Below are positions 35,635-45,605 of a stretch of DNA of 58,033 nucleotides, piece after piece. The stretch comes from a virus. Its lineage: Duplodnaviria; Caudoviricetes. The stretch lies in the IMG/VR virus record IMGVR_UViG_3300032223_002716, positions 1 through 58,033 of that record. One strand, given 5' to 3'. Made by a program: the position numbers and the translations under genes. Below the pieces are notes generated by a model. The model did not search any database and was not told the DNA's origin. It saw only the letters and a list, made by a program, of their open reading frames with translations. Numbering within the stretch: the first letter of the stretch is position 1; each line of letters begins with the position of its first letter.

Positions 35635-38145
35635 TTAAGATAAAATAATTTTATCTTCTTTTTTATCGTATGTGATTTTAATAGTATCTCCTTCTTTAAA
35701 GTTACCATTAAGGATTTCATCAGTTACTGGGTCTTCAATGTATCTTTGAATTGCTCTAGTAAGTGGTCTAGCACCATATGCTTCATCATAACCTTGTTTA
35801 GCAACATAATCAACCGCTGATTTATTAATCTTGATATCAAAACCAATCTCTTTAACTCTAGCTTTTAATTTATCTAATTCGTTATGAATAATCACACTAA
35901 TATCTTCTGGTTTAAGACTGTTGAAGATAATAGTTTCATCAATACGGTTAAGGAACTCTGGTTTGAATTTCTTCTTTAATGCTTTCTCAATAATTGAACG
36001 AGCTTTCTCTTGTTCATTTACAATTGCAGCATCAGTTTCAAATCCAATATTCTTACCAAAACTTGTTAACTCTCTAACACCTACGTTTGAAGTCATAATG
36101 ATGATTGTATTCTTAAAGTTAACTTTACGACCTAAACCATCAGTTAAATGTCCTTCATCTAATACTTGAAGTAATAGGTTAAATACATCGTCATGACCTT
36201 TCTCAATCTCATCTAATAAGATAATTGAATATGGTTTTCTTCTAACTTTCTCAGTTAATTGTCCACCTTCTTCATAACCAACATATCCTGGTGGTGGACC
36301 AATCAATCTAGACACAGAATGTTTCTCCATGAACTCAGACATATCCACTCTAATCAATGCATCCTTATCACCATATACATATTCAGCTAATACTTTAGAT
36401 AAGTGAGTTTTACCAACACCAGTAGGTCCTAAGAATATAAATGATGATGGTTTGTTTTTATCTTTGATACCTAAACGACTACGTTTGATAGCTTTGGATA
36501 CTTTAACGATTGCATCATCTTGACCAATTACTTTACCAAGCAATTCTTTATCCATATTCATTAATCGTTTATTCTCTTGAGTTGAAATCTTATTTACTGG
36601 AATACCAGTCATCATAGATACAACGTCAGAAATTAAATCAACATCAACAATAGTTCTTTTCTCATCAAGATTTTTAACCCATTCTTCTTTAGCCTTAGCT
36701 AAATCAGTATCGATTTTTCTTTCCTCATCTCTTAACTTAGCGGCTTCTTCATATTTTTGTTTTGAAACAACATCCATTTTCTTAGTTTGAATATCAGCTT
36801 TCTTAGCTTCCAATGTTTTTATTTTTTCTGGAATCTCAACTTCAATATTTGTACTAGCGCCAGCTTCATCTAAAACATCGATAGCTTTATCTGGCATAGC
36901 TCTATCAGTGATATATCTATCAGATAATTTAACACACTCCTCAATAGCTTCATCAGTATAAGTAACCTTATGGTGATTTTCATATTTACCTCTAATACTT
37001 TTAAGCATAGTAATAGTTTCCTCTAAACTTGGTTCTTCAACCAATACTTGTTGGAACCGTCTAGTCAATGCACCATCTTTTTCTACGTTCTCTCTAAATT
37101 CGTCAAGTGTTGTAGCACCAATGATTTGTATTTCACCCCTAGCCAATGCTGGTTTGAAAATATTAGATGCATCTAAAGAGCCTGAGGAGTTTCCAGCACC
37201 AACAATGGTATGTAACTCATCAATGAACAAGATAACGTCTTTATTCGCTTTTAATTCATCTAATATTGCTTTCATACGTTCTTCGAATTGACCACGGTAT
37301 TTTGTACCAGCAACAATTGATGCTAAGTCTAAAGAATAGATTCTTTTTTCTAATAACATTCTAGGTGCTTTACCATCAACAATTAATTGAGCTAAACCTT
37401 CAATGATAGCTGTTTTACCAACTCCAGGTTCACCAATCAATACTGGGTTATTCTTTTTTCTTCTTGATAAGATTTGAGATACACGTTTAATCTCTTTCTC
37501 TCTACCAATAATAGGGTCAACATTACCCTCTTCTACAGCTTTAGTAACATCAGCACAGAAATTATCTAATACTGGTGTTTTACTTGCTTTACCACGTTTA
37601 ACTGTTGTTTTCTTTGATTTATCACCAAATTCTTCACCAAAAACGTTTTCATCGTCATCCCCTAACATATTCTTTGGGATATCCTTTTCATTTAGTTTAC
37701 CTTTCATATTAATTATAACTTTTTTAAAATTTTCGTAATTAATCCCAAAGCTAGTCAATATTTGAACAATACGCAACTTTTTATTGGTTAGAATTGATAA
37801 AGTGACATGTTCTAAATCTATATGGTTATCATTCAATAACTCTGATTCATTATCCACTTTATTCATTACCGCTTTCATTTCATCGCTGAATGGTAATCTA
37901 ATTCTTTTACTACCAGTAACACTAGGAGTTAAATTTATTTCTCTGATGTGCTCACTTAATTTATCGTGTAATACATTCACATCCGCACCTAATTTTTTAA
38001 ATGCGTTAACACAGATATTACTATCATCCAATAATATTGCAATCAAAATATGCTCAGGTCTAACAAGGACATCCTCATTACTTTTGGCTTCATTCATCGC
38101 ATTATTTATAATAAGTTTAACCTTAGGTACTATTTCTCTATTCAT
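35635..38145 (-). CDS. clpC: ClpC-type Clp protease ATP-binding subunit
   Basis: Clp N domain, GEPGVGKT, UVR motif YEEAAKLRD, GPTGVGKT, GARPL. Confidence 0.95.
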   Translation of the reverse strand: MNREIVPKVKLIINNAMNEAKSNEDVLVRPEHILIAILLDDSNICVNAFKKLGADVNVLHDKLSEHIREINLTPSVTGSKRIRLPFSDEMKAVMNKVDNESELLNDNHIDLEHVTLSILTNKKLRIVQILTSFGINYENFKKVIINMKGKLNEKDIPKNMLGDDDENVFGEEFGDKSKKTTVKRGKASKTPVLDNFCADVTKAVEEGNVDPIIGREKEIKRVSQILSRRKKNNPVLIGEPGVGKTAIIEGLAQLIVDGKAPRMLLEKRIYSLDLASIVAGTKYRGQFEERMKAILDELKANKDVILFIDELHTIVGAGNSSGSLDASNIFKPALARGEIQIIGATTLDEFRENVEKDGALTRRFQQVLVEEPSLEETITMLKSIRGKYENHHKVTYTDEAIEECVKLSDRYITDRAMPDKAIDVLDEAGASTNIEVEIPEKIKTLEAKKADIQTKKMDVVSKQKYEEAAKLRDEERKIDTDLAKAKEEWVKNLDEKRTIVDVDLISDVVSMMTGIPVNKISTQENKRLMNMDKELLGKVIGQDDAIVKVSKAIKRSRLGIKDKNKPSSFIFLGPTGVGKTHLSKVLAEYVYGDKDALIRVDMSEFMEKHSVSRLIGPPPGYVGYEEGGQLTEKVRRKPYSIILLDEIEKGHDDVFNLLLQVLDEGHLTDGLGRKVNFKNTIIIMTSNVGVRELTSFGKNIGFETDAAIVNEQEKARSIIEKALKKKFKPEFLNRIDETIIFNSLKPEDISVIIHNELDKLKARVKEIGFDIKINKSAVDYVAKQGYDEAYGARPLTRAIQRYIEDPVTDEILNGNFKEGDTIKITYDKKEDKIILS

Positions 38146-38245
38146 AAGACATTTTTATTTTTACAAAATTAGTTATAATTACAAAAAAAATCAATAGTTG
38201 CTTTTAATTATAAATAGTACTATCTTTGTTGTAAAATTTTTAAAT

Positions 38246-38461
38246 ATGCAAGGAGCGCCAATTTTTGGAAAAGTAGAATTATGGGTTAAAAGCGGTAATG
38301 GCGTTTCTAAGTCCGAATACACTGATACTGGTATGGTTATTACTGGTAATTACTTAATAATCGTTGAGAATGAAACTGCTGATGCAGAGAATACTGTAAC
38401 TAGTACTGGTACATTATTTAATTTATCTGACGTTGTTAGGTATAAAACACATGCAAAATAA
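38246..38461 (+). CDS. Hypothetical protein
   Basis: ATG after TATCTTTG promoter at 38221. Confidence 0.65.
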   Translation: MQGAPIFGKVELWVKSGNGVSKSEYTDTGMVITGNYLIIVENETADAENTVTSTGTLFNLSDVVRYKTHAK

Positions 38462-38480
38462 TAAATAATAAAATAAAGTT

Positions 38481-38909
38481 ATGATTTTAAAAAGAGTAGA
38501 AACAGATGATAAGGTTAAAGCCATTTATGAATCATCTAACATCTTGGCTTCAACATATGAACCAAGTAAAAAAGATTTAACTATTATCTTCAAAAGAGGA
38601 GCTAGTTATACTTATAAGAATGTAGATAAGACTGATTACTTCAGATTTGAAACAGCTGATAGCCAAGGCGAAGTTTTAAACAAACATATCAAAAAGTATG
38701 ATGCAGTTAAAAATGATGTAGTTGATGTCAAAAAAATTGAAGACGAGATACTTAATCTAAAAGAGGAAGAAATTAATAAGTATAAGGGAGAAGTTGTAGA
38801 CTACTTAAAAAATGTTGTTGAAACTTGGGATTTATCTGGTAAATTAAAATCAGACGATTTGGACCGAATCTTGATAATGAATAATAAATTAAAAGAATTA
38901 ATAAAGTAA
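38481..38909 (+). CDS. KTSC domain protein
   Basis: ESSNILASTY..L.I.FKRGASYTY.NV..F.TADSQG. Confidence 0.8.
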   Translation: MILKRVETDDKVKAIYESSNILASTYEPSKKDLTIIFKRGASYTYKNVDKTDYFRFETADSQGEVLNKHIKKYDAVKNDVVDVKKIEDEILNLKEEEINKYKGEVVDYLKNVVETWDLSGKLKSDDLDRILIMNNKLKELIK

Positions 38910-38913
38910 AATT

Positions 38914-39438
38914 ATGAGTACATTTAAAATTGACCCATTACACTCAGACATTGAGTTTAAGGTAAAACATTTAATGATTTCTACAGTTAATGGTAGATTC
39001 ACTAAATTTGACGCAACTATGGAATCTGAATTGGAAGATTTTACCGATGCGGTATTAACATTCGAAGCAGATGTTGATTCAATCACAACTAATATCGCTG
39101 ACAGAGATAATCACTTAAAATCTGATGATTTCTTTTCAGCTGATAAATTCCCTAAAATTACGTTTAAATCAACTGAAGTCATTAAATTATCTGAAGGTGA
39201 TTATACCATTAATGGGTTATTAACTATTCGTGATGTTGAGTTACCAATTGCATTAAAAGGTAGTTACAATGGTAATGATGTAGATGCTTACGGACAAACT
39301 AAATATGGTTTTGAATTAGAAGGTGTTATTAAGCGTTCTGAGTATGGTTTATCATTCAATGCTGTTGGTGAAAAAGGTGGTATTTTAGTATCAGATGATG
39401 TAAAATTGATTATCAGTATCCAAATGATGAAGGCATAA
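38914..39438 (+). CDS. yceI: YceI family protein
   Basis: IDPLHSDIEFKVKHLMISTVNGRF, RDNHLKSDDFF. Confidence 0.9.
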   Translation: MSTFKIDPLHSDIEFKVKHLMISTVNGRFTKFDATMESELEDFTDAVLTFEADVDSITTNIADRDNHLKSDDFFSADKFPKITFKSTEVIKLSEGDYTINGLLTIRDVELPIALKGSYNGNDVDAYGQTKYGFELEGVIKRSEYGLSFNAVGEKGGILVSDDVKLIISIQMMKA

Positions 39439-39462
39439 CTAATAATTACATAAAAAAATCAT

Positions 39463-39490
39463 GAACCCCTATGGATTTTCCTAGGGGTTT
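39463..39490 (+). terminator. Intrinsic terminator
   Basis: AACCCCTA..TAGGGGTTTT. Confidence 0.7.
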
Positions 39491-39526
39491 TGTATTTTAT
39501 TAGATATTTATTTAATAAAAGAAATT

Positions 39527-41299
39527 ATGTTCAACCTAAAGAGAAGTTCAGTAGTTAGTTTTATATTTGCAATTATATTTATGGTGATATTTTTAACCAT
39601 AAAATTGTGCGTATTAACTGGTTACATACCACCATGTGATTTAACTAGATGGATAGAATTTATCTGTTTCTTATTTTTCATACCTTTGTTTGGTGTTATG
39701 GTTAAAGATTACCTAACTAAGAATAAAGAATCTGTTAAATTAAATTATTATGCCAGAAATTTAAACGAAACATTAATTTCTCAAACACATAATCCATTAT
39801 TTTACGAAGGGGACATCACTGAAGGGGCTAAATTATTAACTAAAGAAGTTGTTAATAGTTTAAATATCGATAGATGTTCAATATGGTTGTATAACCATGA
39901 TAAAACTTCAATTATTTGTGAACAATTATATCTTAAGAAAGAGGATGTGTGGGTTCAAGATATTGAGATATTTGAGAAGGATTATAAGGAATATTTTGAC
40001 GCTATTAAAGTAGACCCTACAATTATTGCTGATGATGTATTTACACATCCAGCTACAGCATGTTTTACTGAAACATATGCAAAACCTTTAGGGATTAATT
40101 CTATGCTTGATGTACCAATTGTATATAGAGGTGAAGTTATTGGAGTTATTTGTAATGAAAGTTTTAACACCAAAGTTTGGCATAAGGTTGAAGTTAATTT
40201 TGCTGAGATGTTATCGTCATTATACGCATTCGCTTATTCAGTATGGGAGAATAAATTAACTGAAAATAAATTTAGTGATTTTGAATTATTCGTTGATGAA
40301 ACAGCATTAGTTACTAAAGCAGATAAAAATGGTAAAATTACATACGCTAATCAAAAATTTTTAGATATATGTGGTTGGTCGTTAGACGAAGTTATAGGTG
40401 CTGACCATAATATAGTTAATTCAAATACACACCCTAAAAAGTTTTGGAATAACATGTATAGAACAACAGTTAAGAAAAGAAAAATCTGGCATGAGATTGT
40501 AACTAATAAAAATAAAAAGGGTGAATTATATTATGTAGATACATACATTAAAGCTGAATTTGACCAAGAAACTGATGAATTAGTCGGATTTTTATCTATC
40601 AGACAAGATGTAACTGAATTATATGAATCGCTTAATGAAGTTAGTGAAAAGAATACGTATTTAGAGCACGCTGCGAAGATTCTAAGACACGATATGCATT
40701 CTGGAATAAATACATATATCCCAAGAGGAGTTAGTTCGTTAGAACGAAGATTAAAGCCAGAAGATATTGAACGTTTAAAATTAGAAGCACCTTTAAAAAT
40801 GCTTAAAGAAGGTCTTAAGCATACTCAGAAAGTTTACAAAGGTGTATATGAATTTACAAATCTAGTTAAAAAAGATACTGTAATAACTAAAGAACCATTA
40901 AAACTTAAAAAAATATTAGATAATTATTTAAAATCAACAGCTTATTCAAGTCAAGTTGCTATCGATGTATTACCAGAACTTGAAGTAAATGAATCTTTAT
41001 TCTGTACAGCGGTTGATAACTTAATTAGAAACGGATTAAAATATAATGATTCTGAACATAAATTGGTGGCTATATTTATGGAAGACGAGAATCACATTGC
41101 GATACAAGATAACGGTAGAGGTATGACTCAAGAGGAATTTAATAAATTATCTCAACCATACACTCGAAAAGCAAACCAGAAGGAGAGTGGTTCTGGATTG
41201 GGGTTAAACATATGTATAGCGATACTTAAAGAGCATGGGTTCAAAATTTCTTGTGAGAAAAACGAGGTTGGAACCAAACTATTAATAACAATTAAATAA
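39527..41299 (+). CDS. Sensor histidine kinase (2 TM-GAF-PAS-HK)
   Basis: GAF (SMLDVPI), PAS (ITYANQKF), H-box LRHDM, N-box NLIRNGLKY, DNGRG, GSGLGL. Confidence 0.9.
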   Translation: MFNLKRSSVVSFIFAIIFMVIFLTIKLCVLTGYIPPCDLTRWIEFICFLFFIPLFGVMVKDYLTKNKESVKLNYYARNLNETLISQTHNPLFYEGDITEGAKLLTKEVVNSLNIDRCSIWLYNHDKTSIICEQLYLKKEDVWVQDIEIFEKDYKEYFDAIKVDPTIIADDVFTHPATACFTETYAKPLGINSMLDVPIVYRGEVIGVICNESFNTKVWHKVEVNFAEMLSSLYAFAYSVWENKLTENKFSDFELFVDETALVTKADKNGKITYANQKFLDICGWSLDEVIGADHNIVNSNTHPKKFWNNMYRTTVKKRKIWHEIVTNKNKKGELYYVDTYIKAEFDQETDELVGFLSIRQDVTELYESLNEVSEKNTYLEHAAKILRHDMHSGINTYIPRGVSSLERRLKPEDIERLKLEAPLKMLKEGLKHTQKVYKGVYEFTNLVKKDTVITKEPLKLKKILDNYLKSTAYSSQVAIDVLPELEVNESLFCTAVDNLIRNGLKYNDSEHKLVAIFMEDENHIAIQDNGRGMTQEEFNKLSQPYTRKANQKESGSGLGLNICIAILKEHGFKISCEKNEVGTKLLITIK

Positions 41300-41336
41300 T
41301 TTTTACCTAATAACTTAATATTTAAATATAAAAGCC

Positions 41337-41774
41337 ATGATAGATTCAATACTATTAGTAGATGATGAAGATTTATTTCATCTAGTTTTTGAAGACGCTT
41401 GTAGTCTCTTAGACATTACACTTTCATTACAAAGCGTTTCATCTGCTGATGAGGCTGAACGATTGTTCAAAGCTTGGTTTGAAAGTAATAATACAAACGA
41501 TAAACCAGAATGTGTTTTCGTTGATTTAAATCTAATTGGTTCCGCATTTGATGGAATTGAATTAGTAAGAAGAATTAATTTTGAGTATGGTAACCATGTA
41601 ATTATTGGGATTATATCTTCTTCAAATGAAGCTGAAGAACAAGCAAAAGCTATGAAAGCTGGGGCTCAATTTTGGATAGTTAAATCTGATGATATTGAAC
41701 CTAGACTTGAGGAGTTTAGAAAAGATTTTGATAATTATAAAAATAGAAAAGCACCGTTTAAAGTATATAGATGA
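41337..41774 (+). CDS. Single-domain response regulator
   Basis: LLVDDED, VFVDLNL, ISSS, WIVK. Confidence 0.9.
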   Translation: MIDSILLVDDEDLFHLVFEDACSLLDITLSLQSVSSADEAERLFKAWFESNNTNDKPECVFVDLNLIGSAFDGIELVRRINFEYGNHVIIGIISSSNEAEEQAKAMKAGAQFWIVKSDDIEPRLEEFRKDFDNYKNRKAPFKVYR

Positions 41775-42328
41775 TGGAAATTAAATTTGACGATAAAACT
41801 ATAGAGGAATTGTTAACTCTATATAATAAAAAAAAGATAGGGTTAGAGGGTAATATTGTCAAAATGATTAAGACTGATAATCAAGAATTTTCTGATTATT
41901 TAAAAGCTTGTATTGAAAAAGATAATGATAGTAGACGTAAACGTTTGGAGGTAACTAAAAAAGTTCAATTACAGAATACTGAGTTAATCGAATGGCGTGA
42001 AAAAAATTTAAAAATTACCGATGAATTAAATGTAGCTCTTAAACAAACTCAAGAAGCTAAAATTAATGCTGAAAATGATTTGGATATTTTACAGAAAAAA
42101 ACACAGTTTGAGTTAATAGGCGTTATAGTTAAAGTTTCATTATATGTTATAATTGGTGTTGGTGTTATTACTACATTAATATACGGTATATCAATACTTA
42201 GTAACAGTTCTGAATCACATGATATTGGTAATGTATGGTCTAATATGTTTGGTATATTGTTAACTAACGCGTTTTCAATAATAGGTACTATAATGGGGGT
42301 TAAATATGCTTCAGATAAAAATTGTTAA
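41771..42328 (+). CDS. Coiled-coil protein with 2 C-terminal TM helices
   Basis: ATGA-coupled to the response regulator; hydrophobic C-terminus. Confidence 0.75.
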   Translation: MMEIKFDDKTIEELLTLYNKKKIGLEGNIVKMIKTDNQEFSDYLKACIEKDNDSRRKRLEVTKKVQLQNTELIEWREKNLKITDELNVALKQTQEAKINAENDLDILQKKTQFELIGVIVKVSLYVIIGVGVITTLIYGISILSNSSESHDIGNVWSNMFGILLTNAFSIIGTIMGVKYASDKNC

Positions 42329-42343
42329 TAAAAAAATAAAAGT

Positions 42344-42955
42344 ATGAGAAGATTTGATAAAACAAAAAACATTTTAAAAGCTAATATATTGGCTGAACAA
42401 AGATATTTAGAATCTAAAAAATTAATCAATGAAACAATGATTCCAGTTAGTTTTGATGATAAAACAAATAGTATTGCATTTTCAGAAGGTGAAGATGAAA
42501 AAAACATCCCTAAATTTGAGCGTTGGAAACCTATTTCATGCAGTAAAAGTATAGTTGGTCAAACTAATTCTGAAAATTTAGATGAAGGTGTTAAAAATTT
42601 AATAAATAGTGTTTTCCTTGTATGTGCGTTAGGGTCATGTACGAAAGTTGATAAGACTCTAATGTATAAATTTGTTTATGATACACCACAAAGTTTAGCC
42701 GATGCTCAAAAAAATAATGTAGAGACTAGAATTACATGTTTGGTACCTTCAGATGTAGTATTGGAAGGGGATGAAACTGAATATAATAAAGCTTTAAATG
42801 AATTAATGGATAAATATGCAAAAGAAGGTGTTAAACCATTAAGTGATACTATTGTTCGTATGGATGCGCCTACACCACAATCAAAATATATGTCTGAAGT
42901 AAATGGTAAAGTGATTATTAATCATAAATTATTGGATATGGATATAAAAAAATAA
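42344..42955 (+). CDS. Hypothetical protein with leader shared with ORF 1..409 and internal lipobox
   Basis: KANILAEQRYLESK; LDE-GVKNLINSVFLVCALGSC. Confidence 0.7.
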   Translation: MRRFDKTKNILKANILAEQRYLESKKLINETMIPVSFDDKTNSIAFSEGEDEKNIPKFERWKPISCSKSIVGQTNSENLDEGVKNLINSVFLVCALGSCTKVDKTLMYKFVYDTPQSLADAQKNNVETRITCLVPSDVVLEGDETEYNKALNELMDKYAKEGVKPLSDTIVRMDAPTPQSKYMSEVNGKVIINHKLLDMDIKK

Positions 42956-42965
42956 AATTTAATTT

Positions 42966-42988
42966 AAGCCTCAAACGAGGCTTTTTTT
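42966..42988 (+). terminator. Intrinsic terminator
   Basis: AAGCCTC-aaac-GAGGCTTTTTTT. Confidence 0.8.
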
Positions 42989-43022
42989 ATTTTCATTAAT
43001 ATTTATTATTAAATAAATTGAT

Positions 43023-43268
43023 ATGGCAAAAATATATGACGTACATAATATAATCGTTGACCCATCAAATGCTAATTTTACAGCTCATACATATACCGAA
43101 GTTTTTGGTGGCTCTGTTGGTTGTACGATTAATATTAACGGTACTGTAGTAAATGTTGGTGCTACATCAAATGTATCTATATTTGTTAGAAGCGTAAGTG
43201 GTGGCACTGGTTGCTATTTATTAGGCTCTGGTAATGATATATTTGCTGGTAGCTCAGATTTCTTATAA
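43023..43268 (+). CDS. Small beta-rich putative structural protein
   Basis: ATATTTAT at 42999; G/T/V-rich. Confidence 0.7.
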   Translation: MAKIYDVHNIIVDPSNANFTAHTYTEVFGGSVGCTININGTVVNVGATSNVSIFVRSVSGGTGCYLLGSGNDIFAGSSDFL

Positions 43269-43289
43269 TAAAATAAATAATAATTAAAT

Positions 43290-44054
43290 ATGAAAAATTT
43301 ACAAGGTAAAGAAGCAGTAAATAGAATGTTAGAGTTAATGGGGAAACAACCAGTTAACGAAAACACTAAGACTTCTGTAGTTGAATTAACTAAAATTGGA
43401 CCTGATGGAAAAGTATATGGTATCGTAAGAGAAAACCATGAATATTACATTAAAGTTACTAACCCTAAAGAGAATTTAGTAACTGAGGATTTCCAATATA
43501 TCGGTGGTTTACAAAATAAAAAATCAGAAGCTTATCCTTCTTATGCAAAAGCTATTAAACAATTAAATCTTAAATTTTTAAGTCTTAATGAAGCTTACAA
43601 TAAAGATGGTAGAGTTAATGTATTTTTAGATGATAACTTATTAACTGAACACCACACTGGTATTAAAGCTGATGCAGCTTTAAGTGCTACTAAAGGTGTT
43701 GGTGATAACGAAGAGTATATCGTTGATAAAAAAGGTGATAAATTATCTTATGACACTAAAGAAGGTAAAGAAGAAGGTCAATTTGGTGATAATTTAGCTG
43801 ATGGTAAAACAGTTAATGATTTTGATAAAGTTAAATTATCTGAAACTGAATTAGCTATTGATTCTATTTTAGAAGGTACTGAAGATGTTGAAGCTCCAGT
43901 AGCTAAAAAAGGATACTCTATTTCTAGAGCTATTCAAGAAATGGATTCAATCATTGATTCAACTAAAGAAGATTCTAGAATTAAATCTATTTTAGAAGGC
44001 CTTACTGCTGAAGAAATGACTGAATTAGCAAATGAATTAAAAAAAAAAGTCTAA
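43290..44054 (+). CDS. Putative head protein; ends on an A10 slippery run
   Basis: 254 aa ending TTA AAA AAA AAA GTC TAA. Confidence 0.8.
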   Translation: MKNLQGKEAVNRMLELMGKQPVNENTKTSVVELTKIGPDGKVYGIVRENHEYYIKVTNPKENLVTEDFQYIGGLQNKKSEAYPSYAKAIKQLNLKFLSLNEAYNKDGRVNVFLDDNLLTEHHTGIKADAALSATKGVGDNEEYIVDKKGDKLSYDTKEGKEEGQFGDNLADGKTVNDFDKVKLSETELAIDSILEGTEDVEAPVAKKGYSISRAIQEMDSIIDSTKEDSRIKSILEGLTAEEMTELANELKKKV

Positions 44055-45604
44055 ACGATAACCCTAGAAAATCAACTGGTTTATTCCAAGATGAAGAAAC
44101 TGGTTATAATTTAGATGTATTAGAGACTGTTAACGAAGACGTTAAGTATAAGTTGAAGCTGCCTAATAAGGCGGCTTCTGCTGTTTCTACCCCTGAGCCA
44201 GAACCAGCTCCAGTAGATGACGCACCAGTTGATGATATGCCTATGGATGATGCTCTAGCACCATCAGATGATAAACCATTTGATGATACACCATTTGATG
44301 CTGGTGTTGAAGCTGATGAAGAGGAAGACCCAAAGAAATTTATTGAACAACTTGCTGGTAAAATCGCAACTACTTTAAGAAGCTTTACTAAAGACGAAGG
44401 TCAACCAGACTTTGAATTGGAGAAATATGTTATCAATTCAGTAATTGCTGCTACACATACTTCTGAAATGGATGAAGAAGATAGAAAGGATATTGTTAAA
44501 AAAATTGAAGATTCTGGTAAAGGTGATGATGAACCAACTGATGAAGTTCCAGCAGAAGATGAAGAACCAGCTGACGAGACTCCAGCAGAAGACGAAGAAC
44601 CAATTGATGAGAATGATAATAATTTTACCCCAGCCGATAAAACTAAAGGTATGTGGGGACCTGATGAATCATTTAATAATCCAACAATGGCTATGTGGGA
44701 AGAAGAAGAGATGGAAGAGTCAAACCATTTTGAAATAAATGAATTACTTGGAGAAGGTGGTGATGAAGAAGGTAGTCCAACTAGATATATGTTTTTCAGT
44801 AATTTAGAGCAAATGAGAAGACAAGCTGGTTTATTATTAGATTTAGATGAAGGACAAATTGAAGCTATTTTAAATAGCGGACATGACTGGGCTGCTGACC
44901 ATATCGCAACAGCTAAAGAAAGTTTTGACCAAGTATTTGATTTCTTAATGAATGAAACTAAGAGTGGTGATGCATGGAAATCTGTTGATATGGAAGACCA
45001 TGAAGATGATTATTCAGAATGGTCAAAACCAATGGAATTACAAAAAGATATTCAAATCTCTGAAGGATTAAGATACCATTTAGATAATAAAATTCCATTA
45101 GGTGAATCAGTTTATAGATATGGTTCTAGCAACTTCTTTTTATTATTAAAAGAGGTTAAATTTTTATACTCTAAAGACTTGATTAAACTTAATGAGAATG
45201 ATATATTTATCGTTAATGATTTTGATTCAAAAATAAGGCTTAATGGTGAAGTAATTCAATTGGGTCGAATTATGGAATCAGAAGAAGATAGTGAGATATT
45301 GAATGAAGCTGAATACCAAGGGAAAAAAGTAGAAATAGGTAAACCAAAAAGAGGTGGTTCTAAAAAATTCTATGTATATGTTAAGAACCCTAAAACTGGT
45401 AAAGTTAAAAAAGTATCTTTCGGTGCTAAAGCTGGTGGTGGAAATTTAGCTGTTAAGTTAAAAGACCCAAAGGCTAGAAAAGCGTTTGCTGATAGACATA
45501 ACTGTGACCAAAAGAATGATAAAACTAAAGCTGGATATTGGAGCTGTAGATTACCTAGATACGCTAAATTATTAGGTTTATCTGGTGGTGGAAAATGGTG
45601 GTAA
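44048..45604 (+). CDS. -1 frame extension of 43290 ORF; acidic, with C-terminal T4-like AEYQGKKV..YWSC domain
   Basis: Frame open from the A-run through the TTG-called ORF 44153. Confidence 0.75.
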   Translation, partial: SLNDNPRKSTGLFQDEETGYNLDVLETVNEDVKYKLKLPNKAASAVSTPEPEPAPVDDAPVDDMPMDDALAPSDDKPFDDTPFDAGVEADEEEDPKKFIEQLAGKIATTLRSFTKDEGQPDFELEKYVINSVIAATHTSEMDEEDRKDIVKKIEDSGKGDDEPTDEVPAEDEEPADETPAEDEEPIDENDNNFTPADKTKGMWGPDESFNNPTMAMWEEEEMEESNHFEINELLGEGGDEEGSPTRYMFFSNLEQMRRQAGLLLDLDEGQIEAILNSGHDWAADHIATAKESFDQVFDFLMNETKSGDAWKSVDMEDHEDDYSEWSKPMELQKDIQISEGLRYHLDNKIPLGESVYRYGSSNFFLLLKEVKFLYSKDLIKLNENDIFIVNDFDSKIRLNGEVIQLGRIMESEEDSEILNEAEYQGKKVEIGKPKRGGSKKFYVYVKNPKTGKVKKVSFGAKAGGGNLAVKLKDPKARKAFADRHNCDQKNDKTKAGYWSCRLPRYAKLLGLSGGGKWW

Positions 45605-45605
45605 T

